A DNA stretch of 64,000 bases from Octopus vulgaris (taxonomy: Eukaryota): assembly GCA_951406725.2 (NCBI GenBank), contig OX597814.1, forward strand, positions 82,522,001 to 82,586,000, written 5' to 3'. The translations under genes were made by a program, and so were the position numbers. Below are positions 52,383-64,000 of the stretch, one piece after another. The notes below the pieces were generated by a model. The model was given only the letters and a program-made list of their open reading frames with translations. It did not search any database and was not told the origin of the DNA. Numbering within the stretch: the stretch's first letter is position 1; every line of letters starts with the position of its first letter.

Positions 52383-53288
52383 TATATAAACCATAAAAAG
52401 CCAGGAGGTATGAGAGGTGAATTTGTATAACCAATTGACATTCGCAGCCATGTTCATGTAGTAATAATTTCAGAGTGGAAGAAATTATGCTTACATGTTT
52501 GCATTAATATTCTAAGTATACACACAAATGGTTAAATAAATAGGCCTACATTCACCTCTCACGCCTCCTGACTTAGCATTATACAGTACAATTGTATATT
52601 CAACAAATCAATGGAATAAAGAAAGTTAGCTCATTCGGTCACCAGAACATCATGGTTGCACCAAGAGTTCAACTCTAAGTATACACAGTCTTCTCTTTAC
52701 ATATACAATGTATGGAAAACCAATACTACAATAAAATTAACTTGGTTTGGTCAACAGAAATAATGTTGTTACATATAAGTGAAGGTACTAGGTAGACATT
52801 AACTATCCTTAATGTTAACGAAAAACAGGAAGGAATAAAAAGTAGTGAGATACAAAAATAAATAGCTTAAAAATTATATAAAGATACATATATATATATG
52901 AATAGATATAATATAAATGAAATGAGTTTGTCTTCCCCAAAGGATGTCAAATGGTTAAATAAATAGGCTTATATTCACCTCTCATACCTTCACATATTAG
53001 TAGAAAACACTTGCTCAAGGAGTTAGGCTGTGGGCGTAAACTGGAAATCGTGCAGTTGTGAAGCAGACTTCTTACCACACTGCCACTCCTGACAAGATTC
53101 GTTCAAAACACATCAAAAACCATAGGAAAAGCATAAATTTCCCCTTCAAACTGGAACTGGAGGCATTTACCAATTTTTTAAAATTTTCACTAATATTTCA
53201 TAGTAGAGAGAGAGAGAGAGAGTGATGGTGATGTCAATGATAAAAATAAGTACCCAATATGATTTGACAGTTTGCACTTATATACAAT

Positions 53289-53730
53289 GGCGGAATTCTG
53301 GTTTAAGCACCCTATATAAAAATCTCATAACTTTTTTACTTTTGGGAATTTGCACAAAAATTTTGTGAAGTTGTGTTCTAAATTTTAAAAAAATCTCTCC
53401 AAATAAATTCTAAAAGTTTCACTCTTTTTCGAATTTTTTTTTGCTTAAAAGCCAACAATGGGCCATCCTTGGGCGCATTATCATTCAATTAAATGTGTTT
53501 ATGGGGAGAAAAATATTGAAAAACATCAATACGTCAGAGTGGCAAAACTCAACTGGCCGTGAGATGTGCTAAAAATAACAGCTAGTTCACACACAAACAA
53601 ATGTTTTTTTTTTTTTTTTTTACATAATCGTATGAATTCCCGCGTGTAGAACACGGAAATTCAAAAGATTATACTCCTTCCCGAAGTTATGAGGTGTTAT
53701 ATGGGGGTGCTTAAACCAGAATTCCACCGC
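53289..53730. mobile_element. Non-autonomous DNA element with about 45-bp imperfect TIRs
   Basis: ggcggaattctggtttaagcaccctatataa...ttatatgggggtgcttaaaccagaattccacc; TTAA after the right end. Confidence 0.7.
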
Positions 53731-54232
53731 TTAATCTCCCTCAAACCCTACCCTACCGTCCTATATATATACACACATTGATAATGCCTTTTCTTCAAAT
53801 AAACTATTCCTGAACAGATAGAAAGATGTTGGATTAGCAGCTGATCTGGACTGTAAACAATAATACTACTACCACAGTACAAATAATAATTTCTGGCAAA
53901 TATATGCAAGGTAAGATGAAATAGACAACTGTCCCATTCCTGATTTTATTACGGTAAACGTGGCGTAAATTAAGTGAATACCAAGAGTCGAAACCGAATC
54001 GCACACTAGGTCAGCCGAAGCTTCTATTTCAGGCGATAAAAAAAATACGTCTAACCTTTACAGGATCACACAAAGTGATTCGCTTTTTTTTTAAAGATTA
54101 CCGTTTCTTCTTACAGTGAATAAAGCTGCTTTTGTAGTTTTATATTTTCAGTTGAATGAATACGTATCAAATAAAAAATATCAAAGTAATCCAAGAAATT
54201 ACCTAAATAGAATGAAAAGAATACGCACGTGT

Positions 54233-54245
54233 GTTGCCTAGCAAC
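54233..54245. promoter_or_regulatory. RFX X-box (GTTGCCTAGCAAC) with adjacent E-box CACGTG (54226-54231); probable TTC29 promoter
   Basis: Near-palindromic 13-bp X-box next to a CpG-retaining patch about 8.6 kb upstream of the first coding exon. Minus-strand donor-like GTAAT sites lie at about 54201 and 54101. RFX regulation of ciliary genes is established. Confidence 0.65.
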
Positions 54246-55637
54246 TACATTTTGGACAATAACAATTAGTTCACTTTTCCGAGTTGTTAGTTTCGTATTT
54301 TATTCAAGCCACTTTTATTTTTAAACAAATGGTATATAAATATAATTACACTGCAGAAAAATCATTTTAACCATTTAAGAACACACAAAAGAATCTGTTA
54401 TATTCTGAATAACAGGCGCAGGCATAGCTGTGAAGTAAGAAGTTTGCTTCCCAACTACATTGTTTTCGGTTCAGACCCGCTGTGTGATACCTTGAACCAC
54501 ACAGTCTTCTACTATAGCTTCTGACTGACCAGACCTTTGTGAGTGGATTTGACAGATAGAAACTGAGAGAAGTCCATCGTATATATGTATATGTGTGTTT
54601 GTGCGCGCGCACGCGTGTGTCTTTGTGTCAAAGTTTGTTCCCCCACCTCTGCCATTGCTTGACAACCTGTGTTGGTGTGTTTATGCCTATGTAATTTACA
54701 GGTTTGGTAGAAGGGAAGAAATTATTAAATAAGTCCTGGGGGGTCGATAAGTTCGACCAAAAATTCTTCAAGGTGGTGTCCCAGCAGGGCTGCTGTCTAA
54801 TAACGGAAACAAATAAAAGAGAAGCGTAGACTTGCCTTAGCAATCATCACAGAAAATGGACATTAAATGATGATGATTGCTATGGCAAATCTACACTTAC
54901 AGTTTTCATCTCCAATCTGAAGTCCCCATTGTGTGCAGAATATCAGTCTGGCGAAAGGTACTGGCAACGACCTCGTCTGCCAGATCAAGACTGGAGCCTG
55001 GTGCAGCCATCTGTTTTGCCAGCCCACACTCAAACCGTCCAACCCATGCTTGCATGGAAAGCGGACGTTAAACGATGATGATGATGATGAAAGCTGTCAA
55101 GAGATGTGCAAGCAAATGAATATCCTCTGTCAGCTTCTTAAAATATGTTGTATATATTGGTTCTCTGAACATTCATACATTAAAGTTTTGACATCTAGCA
55201 GTTAATTTGGTAGAAGCTCACAAAATTATCCACCGTCTTTCCAACAACTTAGGCCACCGTTTTGGATTCAGTACAACTACCACTTGATGACATGCTTAAG
55301 CCAGCACAGCACCCGTGGCTTCTGGGAACATTTTTTACTCACTCAGAATTGTCAAAGCATGAAATAAATTATTAGCATCGGTGTTAGCTGATGCATACTT
55401 TATGACATTGATCCTTCCAAATTTTAATGCTTCTCATATATTTATGCACATTTTCCTCTTTGTTCATTTTCTCATCTTATGTTTTTCCTTGTGTGTGCCA
55501 TGCATGCACCTCTAGCTTTCACTGGTCTTTCTTTACTTGACTTATTGCTGCTTCCTGTCTTCTCTTTTAATCTTTTCTGACATGTTGCTGTGCACTTGAG
55601 CACTATATGCAATAAGCTTCTTCTTCTTATTATTATT

Positions 55638-55855
55638 TAAGGCAGCGAGCTGGCAGAGTCATTAGCATGCTGGACAAAATGCTTAGTGGTTTTTTGCCCG
55701 TCACCAAGTTCTGAGTTCAAATTCCGCCATGGTAAACTTTGCCTTTCATCCTTTTGGGATCGATGAAATAAGTACCAGTTAAACACTAGGGTTGATGTAA
55801 TTGACAAGTCCCCTCCCCACAAATTTCAAGCCTTGTGCCTTGTGTAGAAAGGATT
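55638..55855 (+). mobile_element. tRNA-derived SINE family C (copies approx. 6670-6887 -, 15210-15400 +, 22875-23080 +, 23265-23400 -, 34560-34775 +, 37233-37445 +, 41280-41410 -, 45695-45907 -, 49440-49650 +)
   Basis: aaggcagcgagctggcaga head, gagttcaaattcc B-box, conserved actttgcctttcatccttttggg..cgataaa..aagtaccagtt domain. Confidence 0.88.
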
Positions 55856-56882
55856 ATCATTATCATAATTATTATTAAGACTTGTACATGTATGATGAGA
55901 AGTAGTATTACCCTCTCTCATTCTAACTTAATATTTTTGAGTCTAAGCAAATTATTGTTTTGTTTTTTTCCAGTTAAAGGCTAGTTTGTCTGAATTAAAT
56001 AATTTTAATACATTGAGTAATCCATTGACCAGTTTTTTAAAAAAGTGTTATAAAGTAATTTCCACTGAGTTCTAATTCATTGCTATGCGCTTATTGCTTA
56101 TATATATATTAAGCACTGGGGTATATTCTAGTGATATTAGTTCTTGAAGACTGAAGACAGTCACTTCTACATATTCCACAAAGTGACTGTTAAAACTTAT
56201 TTGTTCTATATTGTGTACCATAATGTCATTTTGGCATAGGGAACTAGAAATATTGCTGACATAATCAGAAGTTTAAGTAAGGATTCTCTAGCTTTAGTTA
56301 TTTTATTAAGGAGTTGGAAGATAGAATGGGTAATTGAATGATGCTAAGTTCTTACATTAGATGGTTGAATATCTTATGACAAAGTTCATGCAACTACATA
56401 TATATCATGGCAACAGACTATAAATTTTTAGTAATGGTGTATACGATTGTTTGAATTTTATGAAACTGAGATGGTAGAAGTAAAATGTTCTATTGCTTGG
56501 ATGAAATTGAGTTTTCTTAATCCTAAAGGTGATAACAAATTTAGTCTTAATTACTTGTAACACATTTATTTGTCGCTTTGTTAACTTACACATTATAGAC
56601 ACAATCTTTGAAGGTAAGATATACTCTTAAGTTCAAAGATATTAATTATTGGTACAAAGCAATTATAGATGACATATTTTTGTTGAAAAATTCATGAAGA
56701 AAACTAACGTAGGCACAGGCATGGCTGTGTGGTAAGAAGCTTGCTTCCCAACCATATGCTTCCTGGTTTAGTCCCACTACATGACACCTTGGGCAAGTGT
56801 CTTCTACTATAGCCTTGGTCTAACCAAAGTCTTGTGAGTGGATTTGGTAGATAGAAACTGAAAGAAGCCTGTTGTATGTATA

Positions 56883-56920
<38 letters not shown>

Positions 56921-58874
56921 CACACATTTGTTTGACTAAAACCCCTTAACATTCAAGCATGGCCACAGTCAAATTACTGAAACAAGAATAGATTATTAAA
57001 CAAGTTCACTAGTAAGTAGAAAAATGGGATACTGTAAAGCACATGGTACTTTTCGTGAAAAAAGAAGCAGTTTAAATGCAACTCTTGAACTGAAACTATT
57101 AAAAAATAAAAATTCCTGAAAATGTACAAGACAAGGTTTGGGAAAAGTTGAAGCTTTCCTGCTACAACTTGCATATAGCTTTGACTGCCTCAAGTGACTA
57201 TTTTAACTAGTGTCAATGAATTTAATCACCTTATGCATGGGTATGCAATTAGTCAAGGGTTTCAGATTGAAGTGTGGCTGTTTACAATACACTCAAGTGA
57301 TTTGAAATAGATCATTTTTGTTCAACTCTGACTGAAATTAATTGACATAGTATTTTAGATATGTTGCTGGCTGATTGAGCAATTGCATGTTATCATGGTG
57401 TTTGGATCGATTATTTTAAACTGCACTCATTGATCGGCATCAGTTTGTCACGATTTTATGTCAGAAATAGTCAATAGTAATCTTCAGTCATTTGGTGCAC
57501 TGACTATTAAAGTTAATAACCCATTGTTAATTATTATTATTTTTTGTTTTGCTTTTTATTTCTGACAATAAATAAGAATGAAGTGAAGTGTATTTTTTCT
57601 ATTATGTAACTCACAGAGTTATATATTTAATAAAATTTTTCTTTAAATATTAAAACGATTATATTTTAAACGATTTCTTTTCACAAAATAATTTTGTATC
57701 ACATGCTTCATGACATCTCAAAATGAATCTGCAAAGTTTAATTTCTTGGAAGGCTTCCTATGACAGACTTTGTCGAATGTATTCCCTACCAGTTACATAC
57801 TATGGTCTAAAACCGGATTGTATCAAAGCTCAGTGTCTCAAAATGCAAAGATCAAAGGACAAAGATGAAATCCTTAGATTTTCCACACTATTATACATTA
57901 TGTAATTAACTTCATATGAAACCATAATGAAATTCATGTAGAAAAAATATAAACTTTGTCACAAAGTTCATAAAAATTTCAACTGTTTAAGCAAACTCCA
58001 GTTCACATCTTGAGATTTTCTGTAATACATATGGTTGGAATAATTAGCAATGTTGTTATTCTTAATGAAATGGAATAATAAGGTTTATCTTATTTTGACT
58101 ACATGATGACAAGCTAAGTCATAATTGAATTTTGTTCATGATTCATCACAGCAAATTTACCTTACAAATTAGCTGAGTCTGTCTGAATACTAAGCAGTCA
58201 ATTTTTTCTAGTTTCTACTTTCACACGAATACATTTACTTCACAAAACCCATTTTTCTTTAAACTGAGATCTTACATTTCTGAAAGGTCACTTTTGGCTT
58301 TGAATCACAAACTGCAGGAGTAGTCTCCCCTGTTACAAATTCAAAGTCATTTTCAGAAATGACATTTTCGACGTTTTCTTAAAAGCGAAAAGGCTGTCGT
58401 GTCATCTTGGTCACCATTCAATGAAATCTGTCACGTAGAAAGTAGTGATCATATGTATTTTATTCTCATACCGTGCCACATCCCATACTATGCCTTTCAA
58501 TATTCTAGCATACTTAGTTGTAAGTAGATACGAAAACAAGCTAAAGCTCACCAATGGTATAAAAAAAAAAATCACTGCAATGAACTAATGTTCTATCCAG
58601 GAAAAAAATAATTTTCAATTACTTAGCACAAAATTACAATCTGCAGTTTAAATAGAAAACAAATTCTTTAAAACTGCATCATTTCAAGCTACATAGCCAA
58701 GTGGCATACAACTAGGGGAATCCTTCAATATATCAACAAGATAAAATATAAACAAAAATGGTACAAGGAGAAAAAAAGTACTGTTTTTAGATCACAGTAA
58801 ATAATATAATGAAAAACAAAACAAAGTCAAGCTAGTTATTTTATTTATGTAATTTTTTTAAACAATTTTCATTT

Positions 58875-59843
58875 CTAAAAACTAATTGAATAGGATTCTT
58901 CAGGTGCGTAAACAATATTTTGGTGTAACTGTAAACAATGGTAACATTTCTGCCAACTGTCAAAGTGATTGATGTCCTGAATCCAAGATTCTACATATGA
59001 AAGTGCCATTGAAGTAAGTGCTTCTGGCACAGAATAAGAGTAAATGCAATGAGTTATTGTTTCGTTACATTTGCATGATGAGGTTTTTAGTTTCTCACCA
59101 GAAGACTGAAGACACATTAAAGGTAAGTTATTATGAGCTAAAGGTTTTTGTTCGTTTTTGATTATAGGTATTTCGGAGCTTTTCTCTTGTGAACTATGGC
59201 ACTGCCGACATAGGAGATGGCAATTTAATTTGAAGACAGTAAGTGAATCAATAACTAAAGAATTACTATCATCTTCGTTTGATCTACTGAACCAATAGAC
59301 AATGGGATAACCCAAAAGTACCCCAACCAGTGTTGTAAGGTTGAGGGAAGCAGGAAATTGTACTTCACAAGTTTCTTTACTGTCACTGAAGGAAGCAATG
59401 ATTTGTTGAAAAGTGATGGCAAAATGTTCGTCAACCTGGTTGATGTTTTCAAGCAATTTTGCCTGTGAATTACTTTTTGAAATATCTATAATAGCTGTTC
59501 TTGTTCCTTGTGAAGTTTGTAACAAGTGGGACTGTAATATGGCTGTGTTACATAACAGCACATCCCCTTCAATGGCTAGGACAATGTAAGAACATGGTTG
59601 AGATGATGTTGAAAGGAGCTGTTGTGTTTGGAGATCTTGAATCAAAGATATCACCTGCTTTGCTTTTACACAGCCATAGTCAAACAAGAAGCTAGGTTTG
59701 ATTCCACAATCAACAGCCAATATATCACAAATAATTTGCTTGCTATAACGTCCTAATGTTTTTCCTAAATGGCTTATAATGCATTTTCTTCCTTCAGAGA
59801 TGATTTTCAAGGGAATATTTTCTGCAGGAGTGTAAACATCATG
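58875..59843 (-). CDS. C1orf74: UPF0739 / C1orf74-like (DUF4504) protein, large coding exon; start exon not identified
   Basis: Stop-free frame of about 322 codons with motifs DILAVDCGIKPSFLFDY, NLTTLVGVLLGYPIVYW and IYSYSVPEAL. The track start at 59864 is TTG; there is an acceptor tttttcag|C at 59843. Confidence 0.75.
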   Translation of the reverse strand, partial: HDVYTPAENIPLKIISEGRKCIISHLGKTLGRYSKQIICDILAVDCGIKPSFLFDYGCVKAKQVISLIQDLQTQQLLSTSSQPCSYIVLAIEGDVLLCNTAILQSHLLQTSQGTRTAIIDISKSNSQAKLLENINQVDEHFAITFQQIIASFSDSKETCEVQFPASLNLTTLVGVLLGYPIVYWFSRSNEDDSNSLVIDSLTVFKLNCHLLCRQCHSSQEKSSEIPIIKNEQKPLAHNNLPLMCLQSSGEKLKTSSCKCNETITHCIYSYSVPEALTSMALSYVESWIQDINHFDSWQKCYHCLQLHQNIVYAPEESYSISF

Positions 59844-60690
59844 CTGAAAAATATGAGTGAACAATGATTATCAATTAAAACAAGAGGAATAAAGAGTGCT
59901 CAACAATGAAAGCTTTTAAAAATTAAATCATTTATCTGTAGTTTTATTTGATTGAATTATTATGAGTTACCCATTAGGAAAATTCATTTCTTTCACAATA
60001 AACAATTTCTCAAAGGTCTTCAATATTTCAGTGGTTAAGTATTCTATGTGTATGACAGAATAGCACAACTCATAATACTGTAATCTCTTTTCCCCAAAAT
60101 AATAGAAATTGAAATTTTAAACTACTTAAAAGTCAAACCAATTTCTTACCATAAGCTACATTTTAAAAGTTATATTCACTTGAATAACTAAGGTTAGAAC
60201 TATACAACTTACTAAACAATTGGATCAAAGTAGCAAATATATATGGCATTCTCAACAAAGGGGAATTAAGCTGTTTATAACTATGAAACTAAAAGAGTCA
60301 ATATTTCTTTATCCCATGTGGGATAATTTGAGTCAACTATTTGATAATTTCTAATTAAGTGTTCTTAGGTCCCAAATCATCTCTGATCCAGAAAATTTAT
60401 AATTAATGGTATTCCAACAGTGACCATTGAATCTTATTTTTTTTCAGACAGTGTACATGACCAGCCCTTATCCAATGTATTTTCTATTTTTTACAGAATA
60501 GGTTGTATTCACAGCCAGCTACATGCTTAGACAAGATTTATAAACTCTGATATACAGGAAACTGGTATTGCAAATGCCCATCACCATACAAAACAAGAAA
60601 GAAAAAAAAAATTATAAAGGCAACATGTAGTCTGAGTGCCACCAGGTCTCACACCTAATACAGAGGCTCTCTTCCTCTCTCACTGGGTTA

Positions 60691-61450
60691 GCAAGTATAC
60701 ATGCAGTTCAGCACCAAGTCAGCACTGATTGTGCAATTATAACCAAAGGAGTACCAGTTGTGCCTAGTCTGTCTTTTCTTTAGAGATAGTGTGTCCTTCC
60801 AATTTTATGACAGTACAATGTTGTTTAAGAGATTCGTTAGCTATATACTATGTCACCTTATGTTTATGGTTTCATATTTCGAATGATAATCAACGTGCTT
60901 CATTATAATTTTCCATAACCCTTAAACAATGGTATGGGCCCTTATTAATCTTCATTAAAATTATCTAACAAAATATGGTGATATACTTTAATTTTTGTAC
61001 AATTTAGATGGCCATTTTATTTCATTTACATATCGTTACTTGAAACATGAAGTTTTTTAATATTAACTGGGAACATGTAGTCTCTTATTTCATATTTATT
61101 GTGTAACAGAATAAACATTTGCTACAGGTTTCTGATAGACGAAACAGAAGTTAATTACATTTATGATGGTGAGAGTGACGAGGGAATGCCTGTAACTCAA
61201 TGCAGAATAAATATGTCAAGGGACTTTCTTCATAAAACACCAGTTATATGTGTTTTATAATGAAGTACATTGATCATCATTTGAAATATGAAACCATATA
61301 GTGACATAGTAAACAGCTAACAAATCTCTCAACATTGTACTGTCATAAAATTGAAAGGACACACTATCTCTAAAGAAAAAACAGACTAGGCACAACTGGT
61401 ACTCCTTTGGTCACAGTTGCACAATCAGTGCTGAACTGCATGCATACTTG
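60691..61450. repeat. Long imperfect inverted repeat (arms about 60691-60909 and 61255-61450)
   Basis: For example ccaaaggagtaccagttgtgcctagtctgt versus acagactaggcacaactggtactcctttgg; the arms align over about 200 bp with small indels. Confidence 0.9.
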
Positions 61451-64000
61451 TCAATGTTTACATCTTTCACTGGCATACAAAAAAACCATATATCCACATG
61501 ATGAGTTTCTACACAGTTTCCACCTTCTAAATTTCATGTACAAAATATTGGTCAAACTGTAGTCATGACAGAAGGCAATTGCCCAGTGCACTGCAGTGTA
61601 TGATCAAACTTGGAACTGTGTGTTTGCAAAATGAACTTAACTTCTATCTTACATCAGCCCAAATTGAGCAAACCAGTGATTGAAGACATTCTCATTGCAA
61701 TCATCACAAATTTATTCAGATACAGACCACATTCCCAACAAGTCCTTCCCTAAAATCTCTGAACTACAGTTACGTATGAGGTCTGGTAACTAAGAAGTTG
61801 TTATTGTATTGTTCCAGGACAACCCTAACCGAACAAAAATATTTCAGCTATGGCTAACCAATCTTTGATTTCAGACCTTGTTCACTTTCCATCTTTTTAA
61901 GATGATAAAAAGTGATTTGAAAGAGATTTGATTGCTTACTATTTCCAGCAAGTCGAACAATCACATATGAACTTCCTTGTTAGGATTGTGCTAACTAGGG
62001 ATAGAACTGAGTAATGAGAAGGTACACGCTAAAAGCTAGCTTCTCTTATTTACATCTTGATAGACAAATTAAAAAATTTGCGTGTATGTAGAGTGAGGGA
62101 TTTAAACTGAATGTTTACTGAAGTTGTAAAACGAAAACAAAAACCAGTAACTCTAAATTTTTAAACCTTAAGGTATTTTGCTCTACCTAAATCTCCTTGA
62201 AATCACACCCTGCTGTCTTAAAAAAGATATATATATATATATATAAAGGAACGATACATGGTTACAATGGATGCTAATACATGTTCGCAACCCACCGTTA
62301 GTCTATTTATTGTTAGATAATACTAAGATACAAAATAGCCTGTCAGGGTGATCGCAGCTACAGTGTCTTTGAATATAAGTTTAGTCCATCAAAGCTGACC
62401 TAGAGCTAAAGACCTAGTCAAATCAAGAAAACAGAGCTGCTCGAAATAGTAGAAATAGCACCCAAATCTCCTTCAAACCACACGTTACCATTAGACAACA
62501 GGCCACTGTTGAGTATAAAAAGACAACTTTCACTTTGTCAAATAGTAGTTAGTACCAGTTTGTTTGCATGCCGGCAAATTTTTGTACTGTTATTACAGAA
62601 AAAAATTCAACAACAAAAATTAATTTCACAATAACAACAATTCTGGTGGACTTTCGAAATAACTTTCACGGGTAAAATGTAGTTTCATTTCACTTTCTCT
62701 TTTTTTTTTTTTAGTAAGTATTATTCGTTATTTTATGTTATCCCATATAGTGAAACTTGTAATTCGTATGTTTTAAAAACAAAACATCTTTGACAAGCTG
62801 GCAGCAGCATAGCGAACGTAAGAATAAAACATTCTTCTGCGGCCACTAAAGCTGATACTAGTTACAGTGTGGCAAAGTGAAAGTGGTACGTTATACACAA
62901 GGATCGTCAAATAATTCTTTATACATAAATAAATAACATTATCGAGGCTGAGGCATTTTTAAACATAGCTTTGCTCCATCAGGGATGATATGGGGTTAAA
63001 CAACAACCATAGTCAACTGAACGATTGAGTACTTGGTGTCATAGACGTCTTTAATAAAAACACAATAAATTAATTAATAGATGGAATTATATAATAGTAA
63101 AATAGAATTTAAAATGTCAAAGTAAACAGAAAAAAAAAACGTACCGAAGGTGGTATTTTGAAGATTTGTAGTGAGCACATAGACATTTGTTCTGGTGGAG
63201 TAACTTTTTTTCAGTGGAGATCACTAGAGGGAAGTAACTATGATTGTATTAAACAAAGTTCTCTCACCCCAAAGTAAAAAACGTGCTAGGTTTTATTCTT
63301 ATGGAAAATAACTTACCTAAAAGCAAAAGAATATTAAGATAACCATTTAAAATAAACATTTGTAGTAAATATTCATAACGATACCCTTTACATTTAGTTA
63401 TTTGTGGGAAAAACTAATCTCCAGGTTTAGTGGGATTTGTGCTTACTTAATATTGGTACTCTGATAAACTACGTCTTTAATTAGGAAGTATCTCTGATTC
63501 TTGCACATGCTGACTGTAATTTCTATCTATCAGCGGGCCACTGAACAAAAACAGTCATTGAAGCCAATGAATACAATCTTGTGCTGCTCTATTTCTAGCC
63601 TTCAGTAGTATGCAATTCAAACTGAGTCGCCAAATCATTCGACCACACAATCACTGATAACCCCCCTGGGCAATATTTCATTCACAACATAGTACAAACT
63701 ACACCTCAAAACTAAACAGAAAGTTCTTCAGCCCTCAACAAATGCTGTTGGCTCCACAAAACCGGAGTGGGGCTCATAATGGAATGTTGCCACTCTCTGC
63801 TGCTTCTGAACACACGAACTTTCTTCCTTTGAAAAACTGCTACTGTTGTGTAACCCTAAATTGGATGCCTTGTTCAAAGAAAAATGAGTGTTACTAAGGA
63901 AACACACAAGAAAGTCATTTACGAACACACCGCACTTACACCAACACATTTTCATATACGAACAATCTGTTGCTAGGATGTCGACAACCCTACAAAAAAA

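Noticed and set aside
63728-63955. 75-aa minus-strand ORF after an acceptor-like site at the window edge
   Set aside because: No recognisable motif or supporting exon; cannot be evaluated within this window

Overview
AT-rich, repeat-dense eukaryotic DNA, most likely an octopus/cephalopod genome (inferred from the tRNA-derived SINE families, (GAT)n tails and long (TA)n tracts). The main gene is a complete 8-coding-exon TTC29-like TPR gene on the minus strand (45565..21910). All splice phases fit, giving 1380 nt / 459 aa, and an RFX X-box sits at its probable promoter (54233-54245). A C1orf74/DUF4504-like coding exon lies at 59843..58875 (-) and lacks an in-frame ATG near its start. TTC29 introns contain an apparently intact intron-containing tRNA-Tyr(GTA) and a decayed tRNA-Met(CAT)-like gene with an insertion at the canonical tRNA-intron position. 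The rest is decayed DNA transposons (maT DD37D, Tc1, a WRLFIDSS-type DDE element), MITEs (mariner-, hAT- and piggyBac-like), LINE fragments (RTE, CR1-like), many SINEs, microsatellites and several striking inverted repeats. No prokaryotic-type system (CRISPR, operon) is present, and most short ORFs in the track are repeat artefacts. I see no clearly new biological system; the best leads are the tRNA oddities and the hairpin structures. All family assignments come from motif recognition, not database searches.
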